Positions 1 to 10,160 of a stretch of DNA of 64,000 bases are shown here, in pieces (positions within the stretch are counted from its first letter, which is position 1; each line of letters opens with the position of its first letter). The translations under genes were made by a program, and so were the position numbers. Location of the stretch: assembly GCA_963760795.1 (NCBI GenBank), contig CAVXEP010000010.1, positions 62,113-126,112 of the forward strand. The letters run 5' to 3'. This stretch comes from an uncultured delta proteobacterium. Lineage in GTDB: Bacteria; Desulfobacterota; Binatia; UBA9968. Under the pieces are notes generated by a model, which worked only from the letters and a program-made list of their open reading frames with translations, did no database searches and was not told where the DNA came from.

Positions 1-70
1 GGACAACTGAACATCCCGCTCCATCCGGGCGCAAAGAAATATTTTCGCGAGAAGGGCTATATCGACTAAA

Positions 71-1058
71 ATGTTTGGCTTCATTCAACGCGTCGCGCTG
101 GCAACGCTTCTGGCGATTGCATCGATTGGCCAACCAATCGCGGCCCATGGCGAGCAGTTTCGCGTCGCGCTGTCGACCAAAGACTTCGGCTACCTGCCGC
201 TGTTCGTCGGCATGCGCGCCGGTCTATTCGCCCAGGAGAATTTGGAAATCCAGTGGATCGTGGTGAATAGCAACGTCGTCGTCACCGCGCTGTTGGCCGG
301 CGAGATCGATGTCGCCGGCATCGCCGGTTCGTCCATGCGCGCGGCGGCACGCGGCGCGCCGTTGAAGGCGAACTTTTTCCCCTACGACAAATCGCTGTTT
401 GTCTTGATGGGCGCGCCCAATATCAAGCGCGTGCAAGATTTAAAAGGCAAAGTCATCGGCACCACCGGCCCCGGCGCCACCACCGAAGTCGCCGCGTCGA
501 TGGTCTTGCAGCATCACGGCATGGATCCGAAAAAAGATGTGACGTTCATGACCATCGGCGGCGCCGAGACATCCATCGTCGCCATGCGCAACGGCATCAT
601 CCAGGCGCGCGCCTTCAATCCCGACGCGGCGTACATCATGAAGAAACAAGGCTTCACCGAACTCGGCGTGCTGGCCGACATGGGGCCCTGGCCTTGGGCG
701 GGTTACTCGACCTCTGACGCGCTTCTGGCGAATCGGCGCGACAAGCTCAAACGCTGGACCCGCGCCATGGTCAAGAGCCTGCAATTGATGCTCACGCGCA
801 AAGAAGAAACCTATAAGTTTGCCCAGGCCGATTTCGCCCATGCGCGCGACGTCATCGAGGGCGCGGCGAATGTTTGCATCAAAGCCATCGATCGCACAGA
901 ATCCCGGCGGCGCCACCGACGACGCCATGCGCAAGAATATCGATTTAACCATCACCCAGCCGTTAAAGCTTCCGGCTAGCCCGCCACTGGCGCAGCTGGT
1001 CGACTTTTCCTTGCTGCGGGAAGTTCACAAAGAACTCGGCATAGCGGGGCGAAAATGA
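71..1058 (+). CDS. ABC-type substrate-binding protein, NitT/TauT (NMT1/SsuA-like); frameshift near 895-900
   Basis: Signal peptide, then ALLAGEIDV and DLKGKVIG motifs. The natural C-terminus (…LVDFSLLREVHKELG) lies in the 819..1058 frame and matches the ends of the paralogues at 8251 and 13304. Confidence 0.8.
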
Positions 1059-2122
1059 ACTTGCGAATTTTTCCGGCGATACCGCTGGTTGCAGCACTTT
1101 TACTGACACCGCTGGAATCACACGCGCAGAGCGTCGATGCCAAGCTCGCCGTGTTGGAGAAACTACCGGCCGCGGAACGCCAGCAGAAATTACTGGAGGG
1201 CGCCAAGGCCGAAGGTGAAGCGGTCATTTACGCCAACATGGATGTCAGCGCCATGAAGCCGCTCACCGACGGCTTCATGAAACGCCACCCTGGGGTTAAA
1301 GCCACCAGCGTGCATATTTCCGGCGCGGGGATCATCACCCGGGTCGAAGCGGAGGCCCGCGCGGGACGCTCGCTCTCCGATGTCGTCCTCAGCGGCCAAC
1401 TCGGCGTGCTCGCCTTACTCGAAAGAAAAATCTTCGGCCGCTACCGCTCGCCGGAGCGCGAACATTACCGCGATGGCTACAAGGACAAGGACGGCCTGTG
1501 GACGGCTTACATGAACAACGTCATGGTCAGCGTCTACAACACCCGTCAGGTAAAAAAGGACGAAGCGCCGCGCGGCCTCGAAGATCTTCTGAAACCCCGT
1601 TGGAAGAACAAGCTCGCGATGGACAGCCAGTCCTACGTCTGGTTCGGCACAATCCTGCAGTACCTGGGTGAAGAAGCCGGCTTGCGTTTCATGAAGCGGT
1701 TAAACGAGCAAAACCTGTCGCACCAGCGCGGCCGCCGGCTGATGAGCCAACTGGTCGCCGCCGGCGAATTCGACATGGCCGTCGAAACCAATTTGAACTC
1801 GGTTCTGAGCCTGAGCCGTCAAGGCGCGCCGCTCTGGTTCGCCCCGGCACCGCCCTTTTTCCTGACGCCGAGCTTGGTGTTCGTCAACGCCAACGCGCCC
1901 CACCCCTTCGCCGGCGCTTTGTTCACCGACTATTTGCTCTCGGAAGAAGGCCAAAAAATTATCGTCAGCACCAATCGCATGCCGGCGCACACCAAAGTTA
2001 AATCTCCCGAGAGCCAGCTGATCGAAGGCCAGGACGTGCGCATGCCGGATATTTTCGATATAGGAAGACGCTATCAAGCGATCGGCAACCGGTATAGAGA
2101 GACGTTCCCCGGCGCTCGTTAG
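1055..2122 (+). CDS. Extracellular solute-binding protein (Fe3+/thiamine/polyamine-like)
   Basis: Signal peptide, GAKAEGEAVIY, YNTRQVK..APRGLEDLLKPRWK, NAPHPFAGALFTDYLLSEEGQ. Confidence 0.85.
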   Translation: MNLRIFPAIPLVAALLLTPLESHAQSVDAKLAVLEKLPAAERQQKLLEGAKAEGEAVIYANMDVSAMKPLTDGFMKRHPGVKATSVHISGAGIITRVEAEARAGRSLSDVVLSGQLGVLALLERKIFGRYRSPEREHYRDGYKDKDGLWTAYMNNVMVSVYNTRQVKKDEAPRGLEDLLKPRWKNKLAMDSQSYVWFGTILQYLGEEAGLRFMKRLNEQNLSHQRGRRLMSQLVAAGEFDMAVETNLNSVLSLSRQGAPLWFAPAPPFFLTPSLVFVNANAPHPFAGALFTDYLLSEEGQKIIVSTNRMPAHTKVKSPESQLIEGQDVRMPDIFDIGRRYQAIGNRYRETFPGAR

Positions 2123-2134
2123 CGCGAAGCGCGC

Positions 2135-2214
2135 GATTACAAATTCCAGATTACAAATTCCAGATACCGGAGTTCGCATTCAATCTGTAATTTGGAATCT
2201 GTAATCTGGAATTT
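2135..2214. repeat. Intergenic inverted array of 7-bp units (ATTACAA/ATTCCAG facing AATCTGT/AATTTGG)
   Basis: gattacaaattccagattacaaattccagat…aatctgtaatttggaatctgtaatctggaattt; the arms are approximate reverse complements. Confidence 0.85.
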
Positions 2215-2241
2215 TCAACCTAAAACTGTGAAAGGACATTT

Positions 2242-3221
2242 ATGGCTAAAACCAAAATCACCCTCGGCCTCCCCGACCACCCGCGCTGTCAGGCGATCAT
2301 CGACGGCAAAGTCGGCATCGAAGGCTACGAGCTCGACGTCGATCCCAACTTCGTCTCGTCCGGCGAGCGCCATTACAAGTATCTCCACGACCAATGGGAT
2401 GTCGGCGAAGTCTCGGCGGCGAGCTTGCTGCGCGCCATCGAGAAGGGGCAAGAGCTGCTGGCGATACCGGTGTTCTTCGAGCGCGGCCCGCGCCAGCGCA
2501 ATATTTATCACTGCGAGCAACACCTAAAGCACCCGTCCGAGCTCAAAGGCAAAAAGTTCGGCTGCTTTCGCTACGGCGCCACCGCGGTGGTCTGGGCGCG
2601 CGGTTATTTGCTCGACGCCCATGGCATCAAGACCACCGACATGCAGTGGTTCGTCTCCGGCCGCGAAGTGTTCATCGGCCATGAGCTGCCGGTCAAAGTC
2701 CAGCGCATCGATCCGCCGCCGCCCTTCGGCGGCGAGAAGCTGGTGCTGTCGAAAATGTTAAATGAAGGCGAACTGCACGGCGCAGTTGTGCCGGGCGACA
2801 ATGGTTATACCGGCTTCTTCGGCGGCGGCGAAACCCCGCCGATGATGGCCGCCTATGCTGGCGTCAAGCCGCTATTCGATAACAACCAAGAGATTCTCGA
2901 TTACGTGAAGAAAACCGGCATCAACCCGATCATGCATGTGTTGTCGATCCGTAAAGAAGTCGTCGCGCGCCATCCCGATTTTCCGGCGAAACTGACCCGC
3001 GCCTTCATGGAAGCCCGCGATGTCGTCGACGCAAGTACATGCCGGCGGAAGAAATCGCCGGCTACCAAAGAGAGCGCGACGTGCTCGGCGAAGATCCCTA
3101 CGACTACGTCATGGGCGAGAACGAAAAGCGCACGCTGGCTGCCATGAACCGCTACCAGATCGAGCAGGGCTTGATGAAAACCATGCTGCCGATGGACGAT
3201 CTGTTCGTCGGCCATGTCTAA
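2242..3221 (+). CDS. 4,5-dihydroxyphthalate decarboxylase-like protein (PBP2 fold, no signal peptide); frameshift near 3030
   Basis: AIIDGKVGIEG, WDVGEVS, AIPVF, ATAVVWARG, GINPIMHVL motifs. The family-type tail (LGEDPYDY..ENEKRTL..EQGL..DDLF) lies in the 3039..3221 frame. Confidence 0.75.
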
Positions 3222-4228
3222 ATCACCAAGCATCATGATGCTGCAAGCGCTATTTGTCTTATTCGTCATATCGGTCCTAACTTCCTCCGGCAGGCGCCGC
3301 CACGCTAGATGAAGCCGCGCGCGCCGAAGGCGAGGTCGTACTCTACAGCTCGCTCAACAACGAGCAGATCGTCACCCTGGTCGACGCTTTCAAGAAAAAA
3401 TATCCGGCGATCAAGCCGTCCTTCTACCGCGGCACCAGCGAGCGCGTCCTGCAACGGGCCAACACCGAAGCGAAAGCCGGCCGCTTCGCCGTCGACGTCA
3501 TAACTTCCGCGGGGTTTCAGGTGCAGCTCATGAAAGAGTCGGGGTTAACCCAGCGCTTCGTGCCGCCGGAAGCCGCGGCCTATGACGACGGGTTCAAAGA
3601 TCCCGACGGCCATTGGGTCAACGTCCACTCGCTGCTCAACTCCATGGCCTACAACACCCAGCTGGTGAAACCCAATGAAGCGCCAAAGAAATATGAAGAC
3701 CTGTTGGCGCCCCGTTGGAAGGGACGCATCGGCGTCAATCTCCAGGACCCGGAGTGGTACGTCAGCCTGCAACGGCGCTGGGGCAAGGACAAGGCGCGCA
3801 ATTTTTTGAAGGCGCTCGCCGCCCAACAACCGGCAGTGCGCGACGGTCACAACATCACAGCGCAACTTCTGGCTGCCGGAGAATATCACGTCGTCACCAA
3901 CACCTACGCCCACATCGCCGCGCGCATCAAAGGCCAAGGCGGCCCGGTGCAATATGTTTTCGACGAGCCGGTAATTACCTATGTCCATCCGATGGTCTTG
4001 GCCAAGGGCGCGCCCCACCCCAATGCCGGCAAACTGCTGATCGGTTTTATTCTTTCCATCGAAGGCCAACGCATGTTGCGCGATCAGGGACGAATTCCCG
4101 CCCATCGCGACATCGATCCGCAAGTGTTTTCCCTGCGCAACGTGAAACTCCAAGCCAGCGATCCGCGCCAGGCCAAGGAATATGGTCCAGCCGGCGAAGA
4201 GATGCGTGGGATCTTCGGCGCGCGATAG
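3214..4228 (+). CDS. Extracellular solute-binding protein (paralogue of 1055..2122); frameshift near 3290
   Basis: ATG at 3214 begins a hydrophobic signal peptide. The frame then switches to ARAEGEVVLYSSLN…YNTQLVK…APHPNAGKL. Confidence 0.8.
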
Positions 4229-4250
4229 AGTCCAACGAATCGAACGATTC

Positions 4251-4330
4251 GAAAATCCCCCCTTTGAAAAAGGGCGGATTTTTCAATCGTCTAAGAAGTA
4301 AATCCACTCGGTCCTTTTTCAAAGCGGGAA
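4251..4330. repeat. REP-like palindrome pair (CCCCCTTT…AAAGGG type); first hairpin may act as a terminator
   Basis: gaaaatcccccctttgaaaaagggcggattttt, followed by a degenerate second copy tcctttttcaaagcggga. Confidence 0.6.
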
Positions 4331-4357
4331 GTGATAATCGCAGGAGGCAATACGAAG

Positions 4358-6244
4358 ATGAGTCTATTTCCAACCCAGCGCACCACTCCCCTCCCCGGCG
4401 GCTATATGGGCAAGATTCTCCGCGTCGATCTGACCACCGGCAAACTAACGGACGAGAATTTGCCCGAAGAGCCGATCTTGAAAAAATTCATCGGCGGCCA
4501 GGCGCTGGCGCTGTATATTTTGATGAACGAATTGCCGCTCGACGCCACGCCCTTCGGCCCGGAAAGCAAAGTGGTCATGATGACCGGCCCGCTCACCGGC
4601 AACGGCTTCACGCCGGGCGGCACGAAGATGACCGCGGTCTATCTGAGTCCGCTCACCAACACGACCCTCGGCCGCGGCGCCACCAGCGGCTATTGGGCGA
4701 CCTATCTCAAAGCCGCCGGCTACGATGGCGTGATCGTCGAAGGCGTGTCAGCGAAACCGGTCTATCTCTACGTCAAAGACGGCAAGGCGGAATTGCGCGA
4801 CGCGGCGAAAGTCTGGGGTCTCGGCACCCGCGACACCGAAGACCGCCTGCGCGAGATCGTCGGCAACCGCGACGCCAGAGTGCTGTGCATCGGCCCCGCC
4901 GGAGAAAACCTGAACCGCGGCGCCATGCTCGCCAACGATTACAATCATTTCGCCGCCCATAGCGGCGGCGCCGTGCTCGGCTCGAAAAAACTCAAAGCGA
5001 TCGTCGTCAGCGGCACCGTGCGGCCAAGCCATCGCGACAAGGCCAAACTCGCCGACGCCGGCTTGCGCTGGCGCAATGTCCTGCAACAACACGACGTCAA
5101 GAAGAAGAAAACCAAGTACGGCCACGGCGACGCCTGGGGCGCGCTGAATAATTTGAACTGGCGCAGCACCGACATTCAACCGGCGCATATCGCCGGCTTC
5201 GCCGACAATGACGTCGTCCTCCGTCCCTGCTTTCAGTGCGCCCGCATGTGTCCCTGGGACGCCAAGTTGGGCGAGGGCGAATTCAAAGGCACGGTGGTTC
5301 ACTTCAACGCCGGCGGCGAGTGGCTCGATACTTTTTTCAATCTCGGCATCAAAGGCAACGCCGTGCTCTATCTCGCCGAGAAGATCAACAATCTCGGCAT
5401 CGAGTGCAGCCACTTTTCCTGCGGCGCCGGAGTAGCGTTCGAAGCGTGGGAGAAAGGCCTGCTCGGTCCGGAGCGCACCAATGGCGTAAAACTCGAATGG
5501 GGCAACGTCGAGGCAGTTAGTAAATTGCTCGACATGGCGGCCCACCGCGAAGGCTGGCTCGGCAACTTGCTCGCCGAAGGGCCGAAGCAATTGGCCGAAG
5601 CGCTCGGCGGCGACGCGCCCAACTGGGCGGTCCACACCAAAGGCGGCACGCCGGCCATGCACGAGTGGCGCCCGCTGCTCGGTCAAATGTTGCGCGAACT
5701 GGTCGCCAGCGGCGGCATGAAGCCGCAAGGCGGCGGTTCGAAGAATCCGCCGCCGGATCTGCGCGACAATGAACATTGGGGTCCGCTGGAAATGGATAGC
5801 CCGGAAGGCTGGGTCTGGTCCCATGTTCTTTCCGAACAGTACCGGCAATTCACCGGCATCTTCGGCGGCTGTTGGTTCGCCCAGGAGAGCCACAAAAAAG
5901 ACGGCTTGAATTCCATCGTCGACGCCTTCAACGCCATCACCGGCTGGAATTTTTCCATGGACGAAGCGTTACAAGCCGGCCACCGCAGCATGATCCTGCA
6001 AAGCCTGTTCGGCACCCAGCGCGGCTGGATCGCCGACTTCGACTGGCAAGACGTCGGCCCGAGATTTTTAGAACCGATCCCCGACGGCAAATACAAAGGC
6101 TTCACCATCGCCAAATGGCTGCCGGAAATGATCTGGGACTACTACAAACAATCCGGCCGGCACGAGCGCACCGGCAGGCCGTTCAAGGACACGCTGGAGA
6201 AACTGGGATTGGAAGAATTCGCCGAGTGGAGCCAGCTTGATTAA
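4358..6244 (+). CDS. Aldehyde:ferredoxin oxidoreductase (AOR/WOR) family protein, paralogue 1
   Basis: GYMGKILRVDLTTG, LKAAGYDGVIVEG, IGPAGEN, GAVLGSKKLKAI, CFQCARMC; AGGAGG upstream of the ATG at 4358. Confidence 0.9.
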   Translation: MSLFPTQRTTPLPGGYMGKILRVDLTTGKLTDENLPEEPILKKFIGGQALALYILMNELPLDATPFGPESKVVMMTGPLTGNGFTPGGTKMTAVYLSPLTNTTLGRGATSGYWATYLKAAGYDGVIVEGVSAKPVYLYVKDGKAELRDAAKVWGLGTRDTEDRLREIVGNRDARVLCIGPAGENLNRGAMLANDYNHFAAHSGGAVLGSKKLKAIVVSGTVRPSHRDKAKLADAGLRWRNVLQQHDVKKKKTKYGHGDAWGALNNLNWRSTDIQPAHIAGFADNDVVLRPCFQCARMCPWDAKLGEGEFKGTVVHFNAGGEWLDTFFNLGIKGNAVLYLAEKINNLGIECSHFSCGAGVAFEAWEKGLLGPERTNGVKLEWGNVEAVSKLLDMAAHREGWLGNLLAEGPKQLAEALGGDAPNWAVHTKGGTPAMHEWRPLLGQMLRELVASGGMKPQGGGSKNPPPDLRDNEHWGPLEMDSPEGWVWSHVLSEQYRQFTGIFGGCWFAQESHKKDGLNSIVDAFNAITGWNFSMDEALQAGHRSMILQSLFGTQRGWIADFDWQDVGPRFLEPIPDGKYKGFTIAKWLPEMIWDYYKQSGRHERTGRPFKDTLEKLGLEEFAEWSQLD

Positions 6245-6321
6245 TGTCTCGCTCGGGGATGATTGAAATCCTCCGCTCCTTCGATGTAGCTCCGGCCATG
6301 CTTCCGGCGAAGCAACCATCC

Positions 6322-6401
6322 GTCATACCGGCGAAAGCCGGTATCCATCTTCCTTTGGTTTGGCGCCAAAAAACCTGCATTCCGGCATCCGCCGGAATGA
6401 C
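6322..6401. repeat. REP-like inverted doublet (GTCATxCCGGCGAAAGCCGGxATCCA family)
   Basis: gtcataccggcgaaagccggtatcca … tgcattccggcatccgccggaatgac, between convergent genes. Confidence 0.8.
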
Positions 6402-6478
6402 GGAAGGGAAGTTGACTCCCAGTCGACAAATTCACAACCTCTCGGATTAAAGCCGAGGGTCGTTCAGTTATGTGTAAC

Positions 6479-7219
6479 CTAAAATGCCCTTACGGCAACT
6501 CCTCCAACAAGCCGGCTCGCCCCCTTCAATGGGTTCTTGATCTTCAACAGTTTCTGCACATACCAAACCCGCGCGGCGACCGGATGAACTACCGGCACGC
6601 CAATGTCGTTTTCCGCTGCGACGATGTCTTTCACGCCCCAAGCCCCGGAGCCGAGCAGGTAAATTCCCTGCGCCGTCGGATGTTTGTTGAATGACGCTTT
6701 GAGATGCTGGTAAATCGTCTCGTTAGAAATTCCATCCGCTTCGCTGGGCGAGGTGTCCATGCCTTCCATGCCTAACACTTCGAATCCGGCGTCGGTGAAG
6801 TACCGTGTGAAGACATCGTTCATCTTCTGATCGCGGAAATAAGTGCAGCCGACAAACTTCTTGATCCCTAAAGCGCGCAGCGCTTGGGCCTGCGACATGC
6901 CTGACGTGAAGATCGGCACTTTATATTTGGCCTCCCAAGCACTGACGATCTCCTGCTCCGCCTGATGGCCGCGCACCATGAACGGCGGCCCGCCCTCGGG
7001 ATGCATGAGATCGACGCCGATTTCCGCCAACTCCGCTACCTTGGCGTGATAATTTTCCATGGCGCCGAGATAGCCGCGTTCCGAATGTTCCTTGATGCCG
7101 GCGTACATTGGAATGCAGCCGACCCCTTCCGGCAGGAGTCGAATAAATTCCACCAACGATCCCGAGCCATAGGTCGGTTTCACCACACCGACAATTCCTC
7201 GCCATGTTCCAGAAGCCAT
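6479..7219 (-). CDS. Maleate cis-trans isomerase / arylmalonate decarboxylase (Asp/Glu racemase superfamily) homologue
   Basis: VPIFTSGMSQAQALRALGIKK, YFTDAGFEVL, ENDIGVPVV; typical length. Confidence 0.75.
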   Translation of the reverse strand: MASGTWRGIVGVVKPTYGSGSLVEFIRLLPEGVGCIPMYAGIKEHSERGYLGAMENYHAKVAELAEIGVDLMHPEGGPPFMVRGHQAEQEIVSAWEAKYKVPIFTSGMSQAQALRALGIKKFVGCTYFRDQKMNDVFTRYFTDAGFEVLGMEGMDTSPSEADGISNETIYQHLKASFNKHPTAQGIYLLGSGAWGVKDIVAAENDIGVPVVHPVAARVWYVQKLLKIKNPLKGASRLVGGVAVRAF

Positions 7220-7424
7220 GTGTTATCTCCCTTCTCATTAAAATCGAAGATGAACGGCATGCTAGTCGGGACACACAACAAAAAACAAGAGCCATCTGCG
7301 CACGAGCATCATCCATTCTCCATTCTCGACCATCGATCCTCGACTCCAATGCATAGCCATTCAGTTGACGGCGCCAAAAGGTAAGTGATACACACACGCT
7401 GAAAGTAAGCGCGAAAGGATCAGC

Positions 7425-8231
7425 ATGGCGAACCAACCGACGGACACTCTCACTCAAGAATACGGCAATCTCGTGCCCACAGGCCGGCTGCTCGATGGCA
7501 AGCCGCGCAGTATCTTATTCGACGCCACCAAATGCATCGGCTGCCGCCACTGCGTGCAAGCGTGCAAAGATTGGAACGACCACGACCGCACCAGTGCCTA
7601 CGAACTCTCCAGCACCAACTGGATTACCATGGAACCGCCGGTGCTCGAGGGGTTGTCGCCGATCTGGGCGCGAAATAGCTGCATGCACTGCGATTTCGCC
7701 GCCTGCGCCGCCGTGTGCCCGGTCGAGGCGATTACCAAATACGAAGAAGGGCCGGTGGTCATCAACAAAGATGTCTGCATCGGCTGTGAATACTGCATCC
7801 ACGCCTGTCCCTGGGAAGTGATTACCAAGAACGAGATCACCGGCAAGGCCAGCAAGTGCACCATGTGCAGCGACCGCATCAGCGAGGACAAGCAACCTTT
7901 CTGCGTCCAGGCCTGCCCAGTGAACGCTCTAGATTTCGGCTTCACCGAGGAGATTGCCGACAAAGCCAAGAAGCAGGCCGAAGCGGTCGGCGGTTACACC
8001 TACGGCGACAAAGAAGCCGGCGGCGGCAGCGTCGTCTATGTCTTGAAGGAAAGTAAAGACAAATACGGCGTGCGCGATATCGCCGCCGGCAGATTTCCCA
8101 AGCATAAGATCCCACTCGGTTTGATGTTAAAGGACCTGTTCACGCCGCGCTGCGGCATCGCCGGCAAAATGCGCGCTCTCTGGCTCGCGATTATTCACCC
8201 GAAGCGGCTGCTCTATCGGTATTTCTCTTAA
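7425..8231 (+). CDS. 4x[4Fe-4S] electron-transfer protein (FdnH/HybA/DmsB-like)
   Basis: CIGCRHCVQAC, CMHC…CAAVCP, CIGCEYCIHACP, KCTMC…PFCVQACP. Confidence 0.9.
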   Translation: MANQPTDTLTQEYGNLVPTGRLLDGKPRSILFDATKCIGCRHCVQACKDWNDHDRTSAYELSSTNWITMEPPVLEGLSPIWARNSCMHCDFAACAAVCPVEAITKYEEGPVVINKDVCIGCEYCIHACPWEVITKNEITGKASKCTMCSDRISEDKQPFCVQACPVNALDFGFTEEIADKAKKQAEAVGGYTYGDKEAGGGSVVYVLKESKDKYGVRDIAAGRFPKHKIPLGLMLKDLFTPRCGIAGKMRALWLAIIHPKRLLYRYFS

Positions 8232-8250
8232 CGTCGATTTCAGCTGCGCA

Positions 8251-9318
8251 ATGACACCTCAAAGCGACCGACTCCTTGGTTCGTCAATCCCGCGTAGACG
8301 GGAATCAAGACCTAGCTCCGAGGGAATCTTAGGTTGTTCCGTCTCGGCAATTTTCGTCGCGGCAATCACGCTCTCGCCGCCCACCATCGCCCACGCCGAA
8401 AAAATTCGCACCGCAATTCCTCAGGCGAATCTAAACTATCTATCCATTCACGTCGCCGACGCCCGCGGCTTTTTCAAAGACGAAGGCTTGGAGAACGAAA
8501 CCGTGGTCATCTCCGGTCCCCTCGCCACCGCCGCATTGCTTAGCGGCGACGTCGATTTTAGCGGCGGTGGCGGCAGCGGCATGCGCGCCGCACTCAAGGG
8601 CGCGCCGGTGAAGGGCATCTATTTTCAGACCGAGAAGGTCACCTTCTACCTGGTCGCGGACCCGAGCATCAGAACCGCTGCCGATTTGAAGGGCAAAAGA
8701 ATCGCCGTCGGCAGCCCCGGCGACACCCAGGATCGCATGATGACCATGTTCGCCGAGCGCGGCGGCGTGGCGTCGCGCGAGATGATTCGCATCTCCATGG
8801 GCTCGGATACCAATACTCGGATCACCGCGATCAAAACCGGCGCGGCGCACGCCGCCATCGTCGATCCCGGCGGCCTGGTCTTCGCGCAAAAAGAAGGCCT
8901 CGTGTCGTTGGGTTTCCTCGGCGACTTGTTTCCCATGCCCTTCCAGGGCTTCGTCACCACTGATCGCAAGTTGCGCGACAATCCAGCGCAAGTGAAACGC
9001 TGGCTGCGCGCCGCCATACGGGCCTTGATGTTCGTGCGCGACCGGCCTGAAGAGGCCGTCGATTTGGGCATGAAGAAGCTGCAACTGGGCCGAGCCTCGA
9101 AAGCGATGATCGTCGAAGGCACGAAGAACTACGTGCGCGCCCTGCCGCAAGGCGTGCCAGGTATGCCATCGGCCGAAGGGATCAAAAACTTTCTCGAATA
9201 CGATATTAAGATCCCCCTCGGCTTCAAAGAAGATATTGCGCCGGAACGGCTGCTGCACTTACAGCTGGTCAACGAAGTCAAAGAGGATCTGGAAACGGCA
9301 CAAAGGAGAAACAAGTAG
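8251..9318 (+). CDS. ABC-type substrate-binding protein, NitT/TauT family (start uncertain)
   Basis: GFFKDEGLE, ALLSGDVDF, DLKGKRIAVG; signal-peptide-like segment ending in AHA. Confidence 0.85.
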   Translation: MTPQSDRLLGSSIPRRRESRPSSEGILGCSVSAIFVAAITLSPPTIAHAEKIRTAIPQANLNYLSIHVADARGFFKDEGLENETVVISGPLATAALLSGDVDFSGGGGSGMRAALKGAPVKGIYFQTEKVTFYLVADPSIRTAADLKGKRIAVGSPGDTQDRMMTMFAERGGVASREMIRISMGSDTNTRITAIKTGAAHAAIVDPGGLVFAQKEGLVSLGFLGDLFPMPFQGFVTTDRKLRDNPAQVKRWLRAAIRALMFVRDRPEEAVDLGMKKLQLGRASKAMIVEGTKNYVRALPQGVPGMPSAEGIKNFLEYDIKIPLGFKEDIAPERLLHLQLVNEVKEDLETAQRRNK

Positions 9319-10047
9319 ATGGCATCGGAACAGCAACTACGCGAGCAGCTCGCGACTTGTACGAGAATATTCGCCATGCAGGGGCTCATCGGCCTGTTCG
9401 GCCATGTTAGCGTGTTTCAGCCGGAGACTAAGACTATCTTCGTCACTCCCGGTTCGGGCTCGGACAAGGCGAACTTCACGGCATCGGACATGATCCCCAT
9501 CGATCTGAGCGGCAAGCCGACTACCGGGACGATTCCGCCGCCAGTGGAGTGGCCGATTCACACGGCACTCCATGGGGCGCGCGCGGATGCGCTCGCCGTC
9601 GCTCATCTGCACACGCCCTACGCGACACTGTTCGCCATCGCCAAGCGCGAGTTTCACCCGGTGACGCTGCAAGGCACGGTCTTCGGCGAAGGCGTGCCGC
9701 TCTACAAGGAAGCCCATCTGGTCACCACGCCGCAGCGCGGCGACGCCATGCTGAAAACCATCGGTAACCACCGCGCCCTGCTCATGCGCGGCCACGGCAT
9801 CGTCGTCGCCGGCAAGAGTTTGGCGGAAGTCATGTTTGCGTCGTTGATCCTGGAAGACGACGCCAAGAAAACCATGCAAGCCGCAGCGCTCGGTTCGGTG
9901 CAACATTTCACTGCCGATGAGTGCAAAACTTTCAACGCCGAGATCGACTTCGAGCGCCGCGCCAACCGGGCTTGGGAATTCTTTTCGCGCATCGAATCGC
10001 AGTGGGATCATCAAGGCGGCACCGGGAAAATTGAATTGTTCCCGTGA
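9319..10047 (+). CDS. Class II aldolase/adducin family protein
   Basis: GHVS, EWPIH, AHLHTPYAT and MRGHG metal-binding motifs. Confidence 0.9.
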   Translation: MASEQQLREQLATCTRIFAMQGLIGLFGHVSVFQPETKTIFVTPGSGSDKANFTASDMIPIDLSGKPTTGTIPPPVEWPIHTALHGARADALAVAHLHTPYATLFAIAKREFHPVTLQGTVFGEGVPLYKEAHLVTTPQRGDAMLKTIGNHRALLMRGHGIVVAGKSLAEVMFASLILEDDAKKTMQAAALGSVQHFTADECKTFNAEIDFERRANRAWEFFSRIESQWDHQGGTGKIELFP

Positions 10048-10057
10048 GAATGGCAAC

Positions 10058-10147
10058 GTTCCAATTGGTTCCACGTGTTCCAGTCGTTCCAATCGTAATC
10101 GGATTCCGAACCCTTGGAACTATTGGAACGGTTGGAACCACTGGAAC
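10058..10147. repeat. Inverted array of ~9-bp units: 4x GTTCCA facing 4x TGGAAC
   Basis: gttccaattggttccacgtgttccagtcgttcca…ttggaactattggaacggttggaaccactggaac. Confidence 0.9.
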
Positions 10148-10160
10148 CTAGGAGGAAGAT

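Noticed and set aside
3715-4962. Long alternative-frame and antisense ORFs (e.g. 3715..4962, 4748..5893, 60231..61316)
   Set aside because: These are shadow ORFs of high-GC genes, Arg/Pro-rich and without recognisable motifs.
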